From contig JAAYHB010000021.1 in NCBI GenBank assembly GCA_012727435.1, positions 247,918 through 311,917 on the forward strand: a stretch of DNA of 64,000 nt, in the 5' to 3' direction. Made by a program: the position numbers and the translations under genes. The notes below the pieces were generated by a model that was given only the letters and a program-made list of their open reading frames with translations, searched no databases and was not told the origin of the DNA. Positions 18,495 to 28,436 of this stretch are shown here, piece after piece. Positions within the stretch are counted from its first letter, which is position 1. Each line of letters opens with the position of its first letter. Source of the stretch: Clostridiales bacterium. GTDB taxonomy: Bacteria; Bacillota; Clostridia; Oscillospirales; CAG-272.

Positions 18495-18730
18495 GGTGCA
18501 ATTCCTCCAGTGGATTTTTGAAGTATTTCTCGGGGTGAGGCGCGGCAGAATTCCTGCTGGGAATAATACCGTGCGGTATGAAGAATCGTGTGGCACACAG
18601 GACTTATTATTACCATGCGTAAAGGATATTATGTAAACCCGGATAAAAATAAGGAAAACCAAAAAATCTGCCGAATCGCTTGATGAAGGCTGATAAAATA
18701 CGAAAAAAGCGTCTCGTTTAAAAAAATATA

Positions 18731-18759
18731 TTGACAAGCCGGCTGTGCGGTGATATAAT
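18731..18759 (+). promoter_or_regulatory. consensus sigma-A promoter for rpmG-secE-nusG
   Basis: TTGACA (18731-36), a 17-nt spacer, then TATAAT (18754-59) with TGa (extended -10). Confidence 0.65.
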
Positions 18760-18897
18760 GACTCTACCTCTGCGCGCAGAGTTCTTTTGTTGCGCAAAAC
18801 TTACCGGGCGCCAGGGTGAGGGGCGCAGCGCCGCGCTGAGGGAGGTACACCGACCGCCGCCGGCGGTCAAATTCAAAGTATCGGAGGTGCCGAAAAA

Positions 18898-19059
18898 ATG
18901 GCTAATGACGCGCGTGTCAAAATTACGCTTGCCTGCACCGAATGCAAGCAGCGCAATTATGACACAACAAAGAACAAGAAGAAGAACCCTGACCGGCTTG
19001 AGGGGAGGAAGTACTGCAAGTTCTGCCGCAAGCACACGCTTCACAGAGAGACGAAGTAG
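18898..19059 (+). CDS. rpmG: 50S ribosomal protein L33
   Basis: Too short for the ORF track. My translation is [53 protein letters not shown], with the two Cys pairs typical of L33. Confidence 0.9.
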   Translation: MANDARVKITLACTECKQRNYDTTKNKKKNPDRLEGRKYCKFCRKHTLHRETK

Positions 19060-19072
19060 GACGGTGATTGAA

Positions 19073-19600
19073 ATGATGAAAAGAAAAAGCCTTCCCGTTT
19101 TGCTCGTCGTGCTGATGCTGGGGCTTGTGCTGTCGGTTACCATGCTGATGATTTCGGCACAGGCAGGCGACACGCATCCGGCAGACAATCAGGCAGAAGA
19201 AACTGTCGGGGAAACCGACGGAGCCGAGACCACGGGAACAGACGCCGAAACCGAGGCCGGCGGGGAAGAGGAGACCACAACCGAAGACGGCGAGGACGAA
19301 GGCGAGGACGAAGAAGAGAAGAAAGGTCTCGGGCTCGGTTTCTGGATCAGTATGGGCGTGCTCGGGGTTCTGATTATTATTGCGGTTGTCCTCGGAATCA
19401 GAAAGAGAGAGAGCCTTGCAAGATGGTTGCGCAGCTACAAGAGCGAGCTGCACAAAATTGTTTGGATGCCCTGGAAAGATGTCCGCAAGAGCACATTGGT
19501 GGTCATCGTTGTGGTTGTGTCTATCGGAGTGCTGATAGGGCTGCTTGACTACCTGTTCTCAAGGGGAATCATCGAGCTGGGCAACTTAGTACGGCTATGA
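19073..19600 (+). CDS. secE: preprotein translocase subunit SecE with a long N-terminal extension
   Basis: The C-terminal 60 aa (RWLRSYKSELHKIVWMPWKDVRKSTLVVIVVVVSIGVLIGLLDYLF) is canonical SecE. The frame is open back to ATGATG at 19073, adding two TM helices and an acidic loop. The start is uncertain, with an alternative ATG at 19352. Confidence 0.75.
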   Translation: MMKRKSLPVLLVVLMLGLVLSVTMLMISAQAGDTHPADNQAEETVGETDGAETTGTDAETEAGGEEETTTEDGEDEGEDEEEKKGLGLGFWISMGVLGVLIIIAVVLGIRKRESLARWLRSYKSELHKIVWMPWKDVRKSTLVVIVVVVSIGVLIGLLDYLFSRGIIELGNLVRL

Positions 19601-20136
19601 GCGACATAAATGAAATGAATGTCGGCCCGAGATGGTATGTGGCGCACACCTATTCGGGGTACGAAAACAGGGTCAAGGCCAATCTCGAGAGGATAATCCA
19701 GAACCGCAACCTGCAGCACTTGATTTTCGACATCCGCGTTCCGGTCAAGAAGGTAATCGAAAAAAACGGAGACGTCGAAAAAGTCGAGACAAAGATATTC
19801 CCCGGATACGTCCTTATCAAGATGATAATGAACGACGAGAGCTGGCATGCGGTGCGCAACATATCGGGCGTCATCGGTTTTGTCGGCCTGGGTTCACGCC
19901 CCACTCCGCTGACCGAAGAGGAGGTTGAAGCGCTTAATATCGAGGAAAAGAAGATTCAGCTTTCCTACAAGGTCGGCGACAACGTAAAGATCTGCAGCGG
20001 ATTGTTCGAAGGGTACACCGGGGTCGTGCAGAGAATATCAGATGACCTCAAAACCGTCACGGTGCTCATCAAGAGGGGGCGCCGCGACATGCCTGTCGAG
20101 CTCGACACCAGTGCGGTGAGGGCCGACACCGACTGA
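19597..20136 (+). CDS. nusG: transcription termination/antitermination factor NusG
   Basis: RWYVAHTYSGYENRVKANLE NGN domain plus a KOW domain. ATGA overlap with secE. Confidence 0.95.
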   Translation: MSDINEMNVGPRWYVAHTYSGYENRVKANLERIIQNRNLQHLIFDIRVPVKKVIEKNGDVEKVETKIFPGYVLIKMIMNDESWHAVRNISGVIGFVGLGSRPTPLTEEEVEALNIEEKKIQLSYKVGDNVKICSGLFEGYTGVVQRISDDLKTVTVLIKRGRRDMPVELDTSAVRADTD

Positions 20137-20217
20137 CGGGATACCGTCACAATAAGTGGGAGGGAGAAAATTCTTTGATTCTCCCGCCGGAAACCACAAA
20201 CGGAGGATTAAAACACT

Positions 20218-20643
20218 ATGGCAAAGAAAGTAATTGGGTATATCAAGCTACAGCTTCCCGCCGGCAAAGCCACGCCCCAGCCCCCCGTAGGGCCGGCGCT
20301 CGGCCAGTACGGCGTTGCAATACCCGCTTTTACCAAGGAATTCAACGAGCGGACAAAGAACGACATCGGGCTGGTTATCCCGGTGGTAATAACGGTGTAT
20401 GCCGACCGTTCGTTCACTTTTGTCACCAAAACCCCGCCTGCCGCTGTCCTGATTAAGAAGGCCTGCGGGATTGAGTCCGGCTCGGCCAAGCCGAACAAGG
20501 ACAAGGTGGCCAAGATAACCAAAGAACAGATAAGAAAAATTGCAGAGACCAAAATGCCCGACCTCAATGCCGCCTCGATTGAGGCTGCCATGAGCATGGT
20601 AGCAGGGACCGCCCGCAGCATGGGCGTTGAAGTCGTTGACTGA
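20218..20643 (+). CDS. rplK: 50S ribosomal protein L11
   Basis: [30 protein letters not shown] is the L11 signature. Confidence 0.95.
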   Translation: MAKKVIGYIKLQLPAGKATPQPPVGPALGQYGVAIPAFTKEFNERTKNDIGLVIPVVITVYADRSFTFVTKTPPAAVLIKKACGIESGSAKPNKDKVAKITKEQIRKIAETKMPDLNAASIEAAMSMVAGTARSMGVEVVD

Positions 20644-20656
20644 GGAGGGCTGGGAC

Positions 20657-21352
20657 ATGGCTAAGTACGGAAAGAAATATCTTGAGAGCGCAAAGCTTAT
20701 TGACAAAACAAAGCTTTACGACCCGCAGGAGGCCTTTGAGCTGGTCTGCAAGACTGCCAAGGCAAAGTTTGACGAGACCGTAGAGGTGCACATCCGGCTG
20801 GGCGTCGACTCGCGCCATGCAGACCAGCAGGTAAGGGGCGCCGTGGTGCTCCCCAACGGAACCGGCAAGGATGTCCGGGTACTGGTGTTTGCCAAGGGCG
20901 AAAAAGCCGAACAGGCAAAAGAAGCCGGCGCCGACTATGTCGGCGAGGCCGATCTGGTCGAGAAGATTACAAAGGAAAACTGGTTTGACTTCGACGTCGT
21001 TATCGCAAGCCCGGATATGATGGGTATCGTTGGCCGGCTCGGGCGTCTGCTCGGCCCGAAAGGGCTCATGCCCAACCCCAAGGCCGGTACAGTCACGCCT
21101 GATGTCGCCCGTGCGGTCAAAGAGGCAAAAGCCGGAAAAATTGAATACAGGCTGGACAAAACCAATATTATCCACTGCCCGATAGGAAAGGTTTCTTTCG
21201 GGACCGAGAAGCTCAGGGAAAACTTTGAAACCCTGCTCAGCGCGGTTATCAAGGCAAAACCTGCCGCCGCGAAGGGGCAGTATATCAAGAGCTGTGTTAT
21301 TGCCAGCACGATGGGGCCGGGGATAAAGATTAATTATTCTAAGATTAGCTAA
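20657..21352 (+). CDS. rplA: 50S ribosomal protein L1
   Basis: Start trimmed to [13 protein letters not shown], with a GAGGAGGG RBS at 20642-49. Confidence 0.95.
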   Translation: MAKYGKKYLESAKLIDKTKLYDPQEAFELVCKTAKAKFDETVEVHIRLGVDSRHADQQVRGAVVLPNGTGKDVRVLVFAKGEKAEQAKEAGADYVGEADLVEKITKENWFDFDVVIASPDMMGIVGRLGRLLGPKGLMPNPKAGTVTPDVARAVKEAKAGKIEYRLDKTNIIHCPIGKVSFGTEKLRENFETLLSAVIKAKPAAAKGQYIKSCVIASTMGPGIKINYSKIS

Positions 21353-21373
21353 GTTGGCGAATAAAGAGATTGA

Positions 21374-21420
21374 GGCTGCCGCAAATTTACGGATTTGCGG
21401 CAGCCTTGCGGTTTTTTATT
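21374..21420 (+). terminator. rho-independent terminator after rplA
   Basis: 13-bp stem GGCTGCCGCAAAT/ATTTGCGGCAGCC with loop ttacgg, then TTGCGGTTTTTTATT. Confidence 0.8.
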
Positions 21421-21486
21421 ACAGGTGAATTGACGGCAGCAAGCATGCGCTGTTTTACCGGCACAACTTTTTTTGCGTATAGGGTT

Positions 21487-21559
21487 AGAAAGTTTTCAAA
21501 AAGTGTCTTGAGCGGGGTGCGGGGCGGAGCCCCGCAAGTAAATCGGGCGCAGAGCCCCC
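21487..21559 (+). repeat. structured intergenic repeat, copy A (left hairpin arm missing, two GC modules)
   Basis: AGAAAGTTTTCAAAAAGTGTCTTGAGCGGGGTGCGGGGCGGAGCCCCGC...GGGCGCAGAGCCCCC aligns to copies B-H. It accounts for the listed 77-aa ORF 21370..21603. Confidence 0.7.
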
Positions 21560-21563
21560 GACA

Positions 21564-22118
21564 TCAGCGGCTCACGGTTGTTATAATTGTTGACGGATTA
21601 TAATATTTGCATAGTTTAAGCGCTTTTTCGGTTGCTTCGAAGAGAAAGGCGCATCTTTCGTTTTTGTCATTTACATAAGTAATGAAGTAGGCGTCTTTTG
21701 CCGAGGAGGAGGACAGGGCAGAAAAGACATGTTCGGCGCCCCAGGCTTCAAGCCGGCTTTTCTGCAGCCGGTCGTCGAGCGGGGCGATGGCAGAGGCGTC
21801 CTTGAGCCTTATTTCGGTGATTTTTTTGCGCGAGCGGTTTCCGTATATTTTTGTGAAAGTCAGAATTCCTGAGATTATAGAGTATTCGTATTCCACACTC
21901 ACATAACGCCAGGTAAAGAAGACCAGCACCCAGACGCTCAGCGGTACGAAGGCAAGCAGCGGGACTACAATCCGGGCAAAGGCCCCGATTAGAAAAGCGG
22001 CTATGACATAAAAAACATAAGCTGCAATAAGGGCGACACGTCTCCAGAAATATTTGCCTTCATACTTTTGGGAGACGGTGAACTCATATGAGGTAAACTC
22101 GTTCATGCTTTTATTCAC
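21564..22118 (-). CDS. hypothetical membrane protein
   Basis: 184-aa ORF with two adjacent TM helices (RRVALIAAYVFYVIAAFLIGAF, VPLLAFVPLSVWVLVFF). No family recognised. Confidence 0.5.
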   Translation of the reverse strand: MNKSMNEFTSYEFTVSQKYEGKYFWRRVALIAAYVFYVIAAFLIGAFARIVVPLLAFVPLSVWVLVFFTWRYVSVEYEYSIISGILTFTKIYGNRSRKKITEIRLKDASAIAPLDDRLQKSRLEAWGAEHVFSALSSSSAKDAYFITYVNDKNERCAFLFEATEKALKLCKYYNPSTIITTVSR

Positions 22119-22240
22119 CTTTATAGAAGGATTTTCCCGGACTGCCGGCGGGGCGTCGTTATTTCTACATTATTATACAATATTCCTGCCTGCAAAACAA
22201 CCCGAGGCGCTCATTTTTTATTTTGCTGTCGCTCCGATAC

Positions 22241-22269
22241 TTGAAAAGAATGAAGATATGCTGTATAAT
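22241..22269 (+). promoter_or_regulatory. sigma-A promoter for the ACT/UPF0210 operon
   Basis: TTGAAA (22241-46), a 17-nt spacer, then TATAAT (22264-69). Confidence 0.55.
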
Positions 22270-22300
22270 ACTGGCACAGTCTATTTCGGAAGGAACCGCC

Positions 22301-22570
22301 ATGAAAGCAGTAATCACAGTAACAGGCAAGGATACCGTGGGAATTATCGCACTTGTCAGCACCGAGTGTGCCGCAAACGACGTGAACATACTCGACATAT
22401 CGCAGACCGTGCTCGGCGAGTATTTTGCCATGATCATGCTTGCCGATGTTGAAAAACTGAAAATCCCCTTTGTGGAATTTGCCGACAGGCTCGCAGAGCT
22501 GGGGCGCGCCAAAAACCTCGACATACACGTTATGCACGAGGACATTTTCAATTCGATGCACCGTATATAA
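22301..22570 (+). CDS. ACT-domain protein (UPF0237 family)
   Basis: Start trimmed to [20 protein letters not shown]. At 89 aa it is typical of the small ACT protein that precedes UPF0210 genes. Confidence 0.75.
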   Translation: MKAVITVTGKDTVGIIALVSTECAANDVNILDISQTVLGEYFAMIMLADVEKLKIPFVEFADRLAELGRAKNLDIHVMHEDIFNSMHRI

Positions 22571-22589
22571 GAAAGCCGGGAACTTTTGT

Positions 22590-23948
22590 ATGCTAAACAC
22601 GTCTGATATTCTCGAAACAATAAATATGATACGTCAGGAAAACCTGGATATCCGGACCATCACGATGGGTATATCCCTGTTTGACTGCGTATCTGAGGAC
22701 ACAGGCCGTTTGTGCCAGAATATTTACGATAAAATTACCCGCACCGCCCGCCGGCTGGTCCCGGTCGGCGAGGAAATTGAAAAGCAGTACGGAATCCCGA
22801 TTGTAAATAAGCGGGTGTCGGTAACCCCGATATCGCTTATCGGCGGCAACATATCTCCCGAAGGCTACCTCAAGGTCGCGCATACGCTCGACCGCGCGGC
22901 CGGGGCTATAGGCATCAATTTTATCGGCGGTTTCTCGGCGCTGGTACATAAGGGATTTACGGTTAGCGCCGAAAACCTGATCTCGGTCATACCCGAGGCA
23001 CTGTCCGAGACCAAGCTGGTCTGCTCGTCGGTAAACGTCGCCACCACCAGGTCCGGTATCAACATGGACGCCATCTCCCGCATGGGGGAGATAATCAAGC
23101 GTGCGGCATATCTCAGCCGCGACTCTGGCTCGATAGCCTGCGCCAAGCTTGTGGTTTTCGCCAACGTGCCGGAGGACAACCCCTTCATGGCCGGCGCGTT
23201 TCACGGCCTCGGGGAGCCCGAGGTCGCCATAAATGTCGGGGTGTCCGGCCCGGGGGTTATTGCTTCGGCGGTAAGGCGTGCCGGAGACTGCGACCTCTCG
23301 CGGGTAGCCGAAGTAATCAAGAGGACAGCCTTCAAGATAACCCGAGTCGGTCAGCTTGTGGCTGCCGAGGCCGCGGCCCGACTGGGAGTATCTTTCGGAA
23401 TTGTCGACCTTTCACTCGCCCCGACGCCGGCTATCGGCGATTCGGTGGCGCACATACTTGAGGAAATCGGGCTTGAGTCCTGCGGCGCTCACGGTACTAC
23501 CGCCGCGCTTGCCATGCTCAACGACGCGGTCAAAAAGGGCGGGGTTATGGCCTCCTCGCATGTCGGCGGGCTGTCGGGGGCCTTTATACCGGTGTCGGAG
23601 GACGCCGGCATGATAGCCGCAGTCGAGCGCGGCTCGCTCTCTATTGAAAAGCTTGAAGCGATGACCGCGGTCTGCTCGGTGGGGCTTGACATGATAGCCA
23701 TCCCCGGGGACACAGACCCGGCTATTATCTGCGGCATTATCGCCGACGAAATCTCAATCGGGGTGGTGAACAGCAAGACCACCGCCGTGCGGATTATTCC
23801 CGCATACGGCAAGATGGTTGGCGAGTCGGTCAGCTTCGGCGGACTTCTGGGCAGCGCCCCGGTAATGCCGGTCAACAAATGGTCGCCGGCCCGCTTCATC
23901 TCGCGGGGCGGCAGGATTCCGGCGCCGATACAGAGCCTGAAGAACTGA
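22590..23948 (+). CDS. UPF0210 / DUF711 (PFL-like fold) protein
   Basis: Start trimmed to [30 protein letters not shown]. 452 aa, with GGFSALV and IPVSED motifs as I recall them for UPF0210. Confidence 0.75.
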   Translation: MLNTSDILETINMIRQENLDIRTITMGISLFDCVSEDTGRLCQNIYDKITRTARRLVPVGEEIEKQYGIPIVNKRVSVTPISLIGGNISPEGYLKVAHTLDRAAGAIGINFIGGFSALVHKGFTVSAENLISVIPEALSETKLVCSSVNVATTRSGINMDAISRMGEIIKRAAYLSRDSGSIACAKLVVFANVPEDNPFMAGAFHGLGEPEVAINVGVSGPGVIASAVRRAGDCDLSRVAEVIKRTAFKITRVGQLVAAEAAARLGVSFGIVDLSLAPTPAIGDSVAHILEEIGLESCGAHGTTAALAMLNDAVKKGGVMASSHVGGLSGAFIPVSEDAGMIAAVERGSLSIEKLEAMTAVCSVGLDMIAIPGDTDPAIICGIIADEISIGVVNSKTTAVRIIPAYGKMVGESVSFGGLLGSAPVMPVNKWSPARFISRGGRIPAPIQSLKN

Positions 23949-24095
23949 ACCGGGAAAACTTACCAATATCAGGCCATATTATTAACAATTTATACATAAT
24001 TTGGTGATTAGGTGCCCGAAAACCTGCCTAAAATAATTTCAGGCACATACATATATTGGTACATGCGCCTACAACAATAAAACAGAAAGGACGTT

Positions 24096-27000
24096 TTGAA
24101 CATGAAAAAGCTACTTACCCGCAGGACGCTTGGCATTATTGTGGCGACCCTGATTTTTGTGACCGCGGCTGCGGGAGCCGCGCTCGTCCATGCCGGGGCC
24201 GATACCGGCGACGAGGCAGTATGGGGACCAAGCACCAGTTATGGTAATAGCGGAACCTTTGCGCAGGCCATAAGCTATGCGAACGGGCTTACCTCAGGGA
24301 CGGCGTACATTAAGCTGCTTCGTGATGTGAACACCACAACGGCGGTCACCATCAACAGCGGCAAGACAGTCGTGCTCGACCTTGACGGGCACAGGATCGA
24401 CCGGGGGCTTACCTCGGCGACGGCGAACGGCAACGTGTTCAACGTACTTGGCTCTCTTACGGTTAACGACTCTGCCGGCGGCGGCATGATTACCGGCGGC
24501 TACAACTCGGGATACGGCGGCGGCATATACGTCACGGGTACCTTTACGCTCAAAGCCGGTTCTGTCCTGCTCAACAGGAGCTCCTCAAACGGCGGCGGCA
24601 TATACGCGACCTCGGCCGGTGTTGTCAATATCGAAGGCGGCGAGGTCAGGCTAAATGCCAGCATGTCAAAGGGCGGCGGGATATATGCCGAGGGTGCCTG
24701 CGTGATAAAAGGCGGAGAAATAAAAGAGAACACCGCAGCGACAGCCCCCGGAGGGGTATACTTCGGTACAAGCCTGACGGTGTCGGGCTCTCCCAAAATT
24801 ATAGACAACGTTGTGGGGGGCACCATCAGCGGCGCCGTGCTCAGCGGGGGAACAAGCAGTAATATTTATATTACCAGCAGGAGCATTACTATAACCAGCC
24901 CGGGACTGGGCGGTGACGCCAAGATCGGAGTTTCGTCCTCAACAGCTCCGACCGCGACAACCGCATATCCCATCACCAACGTAAACAGCGCCGACTACAG
25001 CGCCTACTTTGTGTCCGACAACATAAGACACATTATAATAAATTCTGGCAGCGGGAGCGCGCAGGTTGTGGCAATTGCGCTTCAGGAGGTAATCTGGGGC
25101 TCAACCTCGTCATATAGCGAAGGCGGGGGCACTGTTGCCGAGGCGATAGCCTATGTGGCAGGCCTTCCCGACAACACCACAACCTACATTTTGCTGCAGA
25201 AAAACGTCACAATAAGCACCGCTATTGAAATTCCGGCAAACAAGACCGTGCGGCTTGACCTCAACGGATATACCCTCTCAAGAGGGCTTTCCTCGCCGAC
25301 CAGCGGCGGGTATGTCATAGGGGTGACCGGAAACCTGATAATTGACAATACCGCCGACACCACCGGCAAAATCACCGGCGGCTACAACGACGGCAACGGC
25401 GGCGGCATCTGCGTTTACGACACCGGAAAGCTGACCATCAACGGAGGCAGCATTACCGGCAATAAGGCGGCAAACGGCGCCGGTATATTCCTGCATAATT
25501 TTGCCGAGCTTACGGTCAATACCGCAAGTATCACCAACAACACCGCCACCTCGAGCGGCGGCGGCATATATACCAGCTCGACCGATATAACCATAAACCA
25601 GTCGGCGACGATTTCAGGCAACAAAGCGGTTGACGGCGGCGGAATATACATTGTCGGCAGCGGCGAAGTCGATTTGAGAGGAAGGGTTACCGGCAACTCG
25701 GCAACCGGCAACGGCGGGGGCGTTTATGCAAGCGGGACACTTATAGTATCAAATGCAGCTTATGTTTACGGAAACACCAAATCCGGCGCCCCGAATAACG
25801 TTTATCTGCCGGCTGGCAGGCTGATTGTCGTCGATATGACAAACGGGCTTTCGGGTACTGCGAGAATCGGCATTACCACAGAGAACGCGCCGGGTGCCGG
25901 GTCCCCGATTGACATAATAGCCCCGGTAAATGCCAACCTGAGCGGCTATTTCTCCTCGGATAACCCGAATTTCGGCCTGAAGAACGAGGGAACCGGGTCA
26001 AATCAGGTGCTCAAGCTCTGCAACCAGTCGGTTTCGGTAGGCGAGCTGACCGGGGGAACCCTTGAGAGAAGAAAGGCGGTCTCGGGGCTGACGATAACCG
26101 TCACTACCACGAATATGTCAAACGGTATGCCGGCAACCATCACATGGTACAACAATGCCAGCAAATCTGCTTCGGGTTCGGCATACAAGCCCGCGGGCGT
26201 CACCATCACTGCCGGGACGGTCAACGACAATAAGGTAATCCTCACGGTATCGGCAACCTCAAGCACAAATGCCGGGGACTACTACTTCACGGTAACCGTG
26301 GGAGGCATCGAATCGGACATCAAAATCCTGACTATCGGACGGACCAAGCTTAACCTCCCGTCGATAACAACCTCCTGTTATTATACCGGTTACGAGCAGT
26401 CGCCTACAATCAATGGCTTTGACAGTAATACCATGACGATTGTCAGCGGCAACAAACAGACCAACGTCGGGCGGAACTACCCGATTGTAATTGCAATTAA
26501 GGACAAGACCCAATACGAGTGGATTAACGGCAGTACCGACAATATAACACTTTACTGGGACATCGAAAAAGCGCTGCTGAAAATGCCGACCGTGGCGGGT
26601 CCCTGCACCTACAAGGGTACAGAGCAGAGCCCGGTTCTCAATAATTTCAACGCCTCGCTGATGGATATCACCGGCAACAAGGCAAAGGAAATCGGGACCT
26701 ATACCCTGACAATTACCATCAAGAATACAGCTAATTATCAGTGGGAAAACTATACTTCAATGCCGATAACGCTGGAGTGGAGCATAGTAAAAGCGCCGCT
26801 GACAGTAAAAGCGAACGACATCACCGTTGTCTACGGCGATCCCGTGCCGACCTACACCGTGACCTACTCCGGGCTTGTCGGCGGCGAGAATCACACCGTT
26901 CTCAAGGGGACCCTCAAGCTGACCTGCTCCTACACGCAGGGCTCGAATGCCGGTAACTATACGATAGTGCCGAGCGGGCTTTCCTCCGACAATTACGATA

Positions 27001-28175
27001 TAACCTTTGTCCCCGGAACCCTCACGGTAGCCAAAAAGCCTGTGAATGTTATCTGGACCGAAACCGAATTCACCTATGATGGCAAGACGCACCAGCCGAA
27101 AGCGGTACTATCCGGCTATTCGGGGAGCGCTGCCATAACCGTAACCGGAGCTGCGGTGAACGCCGGGACATGGACAGCCGAAGCCGTGGGATTCAACGAC
27201 ATCAACCATTATCTGGTGAATCCTACCGTCAGCTTCACCATTAAAAAAGTCCCGCTTAGGATAACCGCAAATAACCACACCATCACATACGGCGAGGAAC
27301 CTGACGACAACGGCGTAATCTACGAAGGTTTTGTAAGTGGAGAGGGCAGCGCCGTGTTGTCGGGTGTGTTGACCTATACCTTTGACTACGAAAAGTACGG
27401 CGACGTCGGAAACTACACCATAACCCCCGGCGGCCTGAGCTCAATTAACTACGACATCACATATGTTCCGGGCAAACTGACCGTCGTGAAAGCCCCGGTT
27501 ACAATAAAAATCAATGACGTATCGGCGGCCGACGGCAATGCCGAGCTCACCTGGGAGGTTGTCGAGGGGGCGTTTGTAAACAATGACGAGAAGTATCTTA
27601 CCCTCACGCGCCAGCCGGGCGATACTCCGGGCAGGTACGAAATCACGGGTACACTTGACAGCGGCAACTACGACTGCACTATCATAAACGGGACCTACAC
27701 CATCCTTCAGACCGAGATTCAGACCTCCGGCAACACCTACGGGATAGACATGACCTCAGAGAAAGGGCTCGACCCCGACTACAGGCTTGTGGTCGAGTTG
27801 CTCGACAAGAAGGAGATCTCAAAGAAGATCGACGCAAAGGTGATTGCGGCATATGACATTTCGCTGGTGAAGGATAATTCGGAGGTCCAGCCCGACGGCC
27901 GGATTACCATACGAATTCCCGACACCTTCGAGAAATATGAGCTTTTATCGCTGGCCCACGTTGGTGATTCGGGCAAGGTCGAGTACCTGTTTACAGTTAG
28001 AAAGGACGGCTACCTGACAGTGACTGTCGACAGCCTGTCAACCTTTGCGGTGGTCGACCTTGAGACAGATTACACCTGGGCGTGGATTGTTGCGGTGATC
28101 GTGATCGTGGTGCTGGGCGGCGGGCTCTGCATCTACCTCTTCGGTTTCAGAAAGAAGCACGAAGATACTGAATAA
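24096..28175 (+). CDS. giant surface protein: duplicated beta-helix (GGGIY/PMP-like) modules, MBG-type repeats, C-terminal TM anchor
   Basis: 1359 aa. N-terminal signal/TM. Two roughly 300-aa paralogous modules (VWGPSTSYGNSGTFAQAISYANGL... / VIWGSTSSYSEGGGTVAEAIAYVAGL...) rich in GGGIY turns. Repeated ITVVYGDPVPTYTVTY...GNYTIVPSGLSSDNYDITFVPGTLTV units. Terminal WAWIVAVIVIVVLGGGLCIYLFGFRKK. Confidence 0.8.
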   Translation: MNMKKLLTRRTLGIIVATLIFVTAAAGAALVHAGADTGDEAVWGPSTSYGNSGTFAQAISYANGLTSGTAYIKLLRDVNTTTAVTINSGKTVVLDLDGHRIDRGLTSATANGNVFNVLGSLTVNDSAGGGMITGGYNSGYGGGIYVTGTFTLKAGSVLLNRSSSNGGGIYATSAGVVNIEGGEVRLNASMSKGGGIYAEGACVIKGGEIKENTAATAPGGVYFGTSLTVSGSPKIIDNVVGGTISGAVLSGGTSSNIYITSRSITITSPGLGGDAKIGVSSSTAPTATTAYPITNVNSADYSAYFVSDNIRHIIINSGSGSAQVVAIALQEVIWGSTSSYSEGGGTVAEAIAYVAGLPDNTTTYILLQKNVTISTAIEIPANKTVRLDLNGYTLSRGLSSPTSGGYVIGVTGNLIIDNTADTTGKITGGYNDGNGGGICVYDTGKLTINGGSITGNKAANGAGIFLHNFAELTVNTASITNNTATSSGGGIYTSSTDITINQSATISGNKAVDGGGIYIVGSGEVDLRGRVTGNSATGNGGGVYASGTLIVSNAAYVYGNTKSGAPNNVYLPAGRLIVVDMTNGLSGTARIGITTENAPGAGSPIDIIAPVNANLSGYFSSDNPNFGLKNEGTGSNQVLKLCNQSVSVGELTGGTLERRKAVSGLTITVTTTNMSNGMPATITWYNNASKSASGSAYKPAGVTITAGTVNDNKVILTVSATSSTNAGDYYFTVTVGGIESDIKILTIGRTKLNLPSITTSCYYTGYEQSPTINGFDSNTMTIVSGNKQTNVGRNYPIVIAIKDKTQYEWINGSTDNITLYWDIEKALLKMPTVAGPCTYKGTEQSPVLNNFNASLMDITGNKAKEIGTYTLTITIKNTANYQWENYTSMPITLEWSIVKAPLTVKANDITVVYGDPVPTYTVTYSGLVGGENHTVLKGTLKLTCSYTQGSNAGNYTIVPSGLSSDNYDITFVPGTLTVAKKPVNVIWTETEFTYDGKTHQPKAVLSGYSGSAAITVTGAAVNAGTWTAEAVGFNDINHYLVNPTVSFTIKKVPLRITANNHTITYGEEPDDNGVIYEGFVSGEGSAVLSGVLTYTFDYEKYGDVGNYTITPGGLSSINYDITYVPGKLTVVKAPVTIKINDVSAADGNAELTWEVVEGAFVNNDEKYLTLTRQPGDTPGRYEITGTLDSGNYDCTIINGTYTILQTEIQTSGNTYGIDMTSEKGLDPDYRLVVELLDKKEISKKIDAKVIAAYDISLVKDNSEVQPDGRITIRIPDTFEKYELLSLAHVGDSGKVEYLFTVRKDGYLTVTVDSLSTFAVVDLETDYTWAWIVAVIVIVVLGGGLCIYLFGFRKKHEDTE

Positions 28176-28186
28176 AATAACAGCCC

Positions 28187-28220
28187 GGGGGAGCTTAACA
28201 AAGCTCCCCCGTAAGTTTTT
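28187..28220 (+). terminator. rho-independent terminator
   Basis: GGGGGAGCTT-aaca-AAGCTCCCCC followed by GTAAGTTTTT. Confidence 0.75.
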
Positions 28221-28234
28221 GCATCCCCGGCTTC

Positions 28235-28306
28235 GGAGCTCTGCCCCGCACCCCGCTTAAGACCCTTTTGAAAAAAGGTCTTGAGAATCACCAAAACTTT
28301 TAAAAC
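28235..28306 (-). repeat. structured intergenic repeat, copy B
   Basis: The reverse complement reads GTTTTAAAAGTTTTGGTGATTCTCAAGACCTTTTTTCAAAAGGGTCTTAAGCGGGGTGCGGGGCAGAGCTCC. Confidence 0.8.
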
Positions 28307-28436
28307 TAAAAGACAGCGCGGGTCTCAAATCCCGCGCTTTGTTGCAATAAGTCGGCCGGTTGACCAAAAAGGCCGTGCGGGCGACCGCAGGTCACCCGTT
28401 ACAGGACATATCCAAGCAGTGTGAACTGCCGGCAAC

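Noticed and set aside
20137-20217. A hairpin GGGAG-aaaattctttgatt-CTCCC ahead of rplK, considered as an L1-binding autoregulatory leader.
   Set aside because: The position is plausible, but I cannot match it to the L1 binding-site consensus from sequence alone, so it is not reported as a feature.
21370-21603. A 77-aa + strand ORF downstream of rplA.
   Set aside because: It is composed of the rplA terminator hairpin plus repeat copy A. It has no RBS, and the same peptide-like strings arise wherever the repeat occurs.
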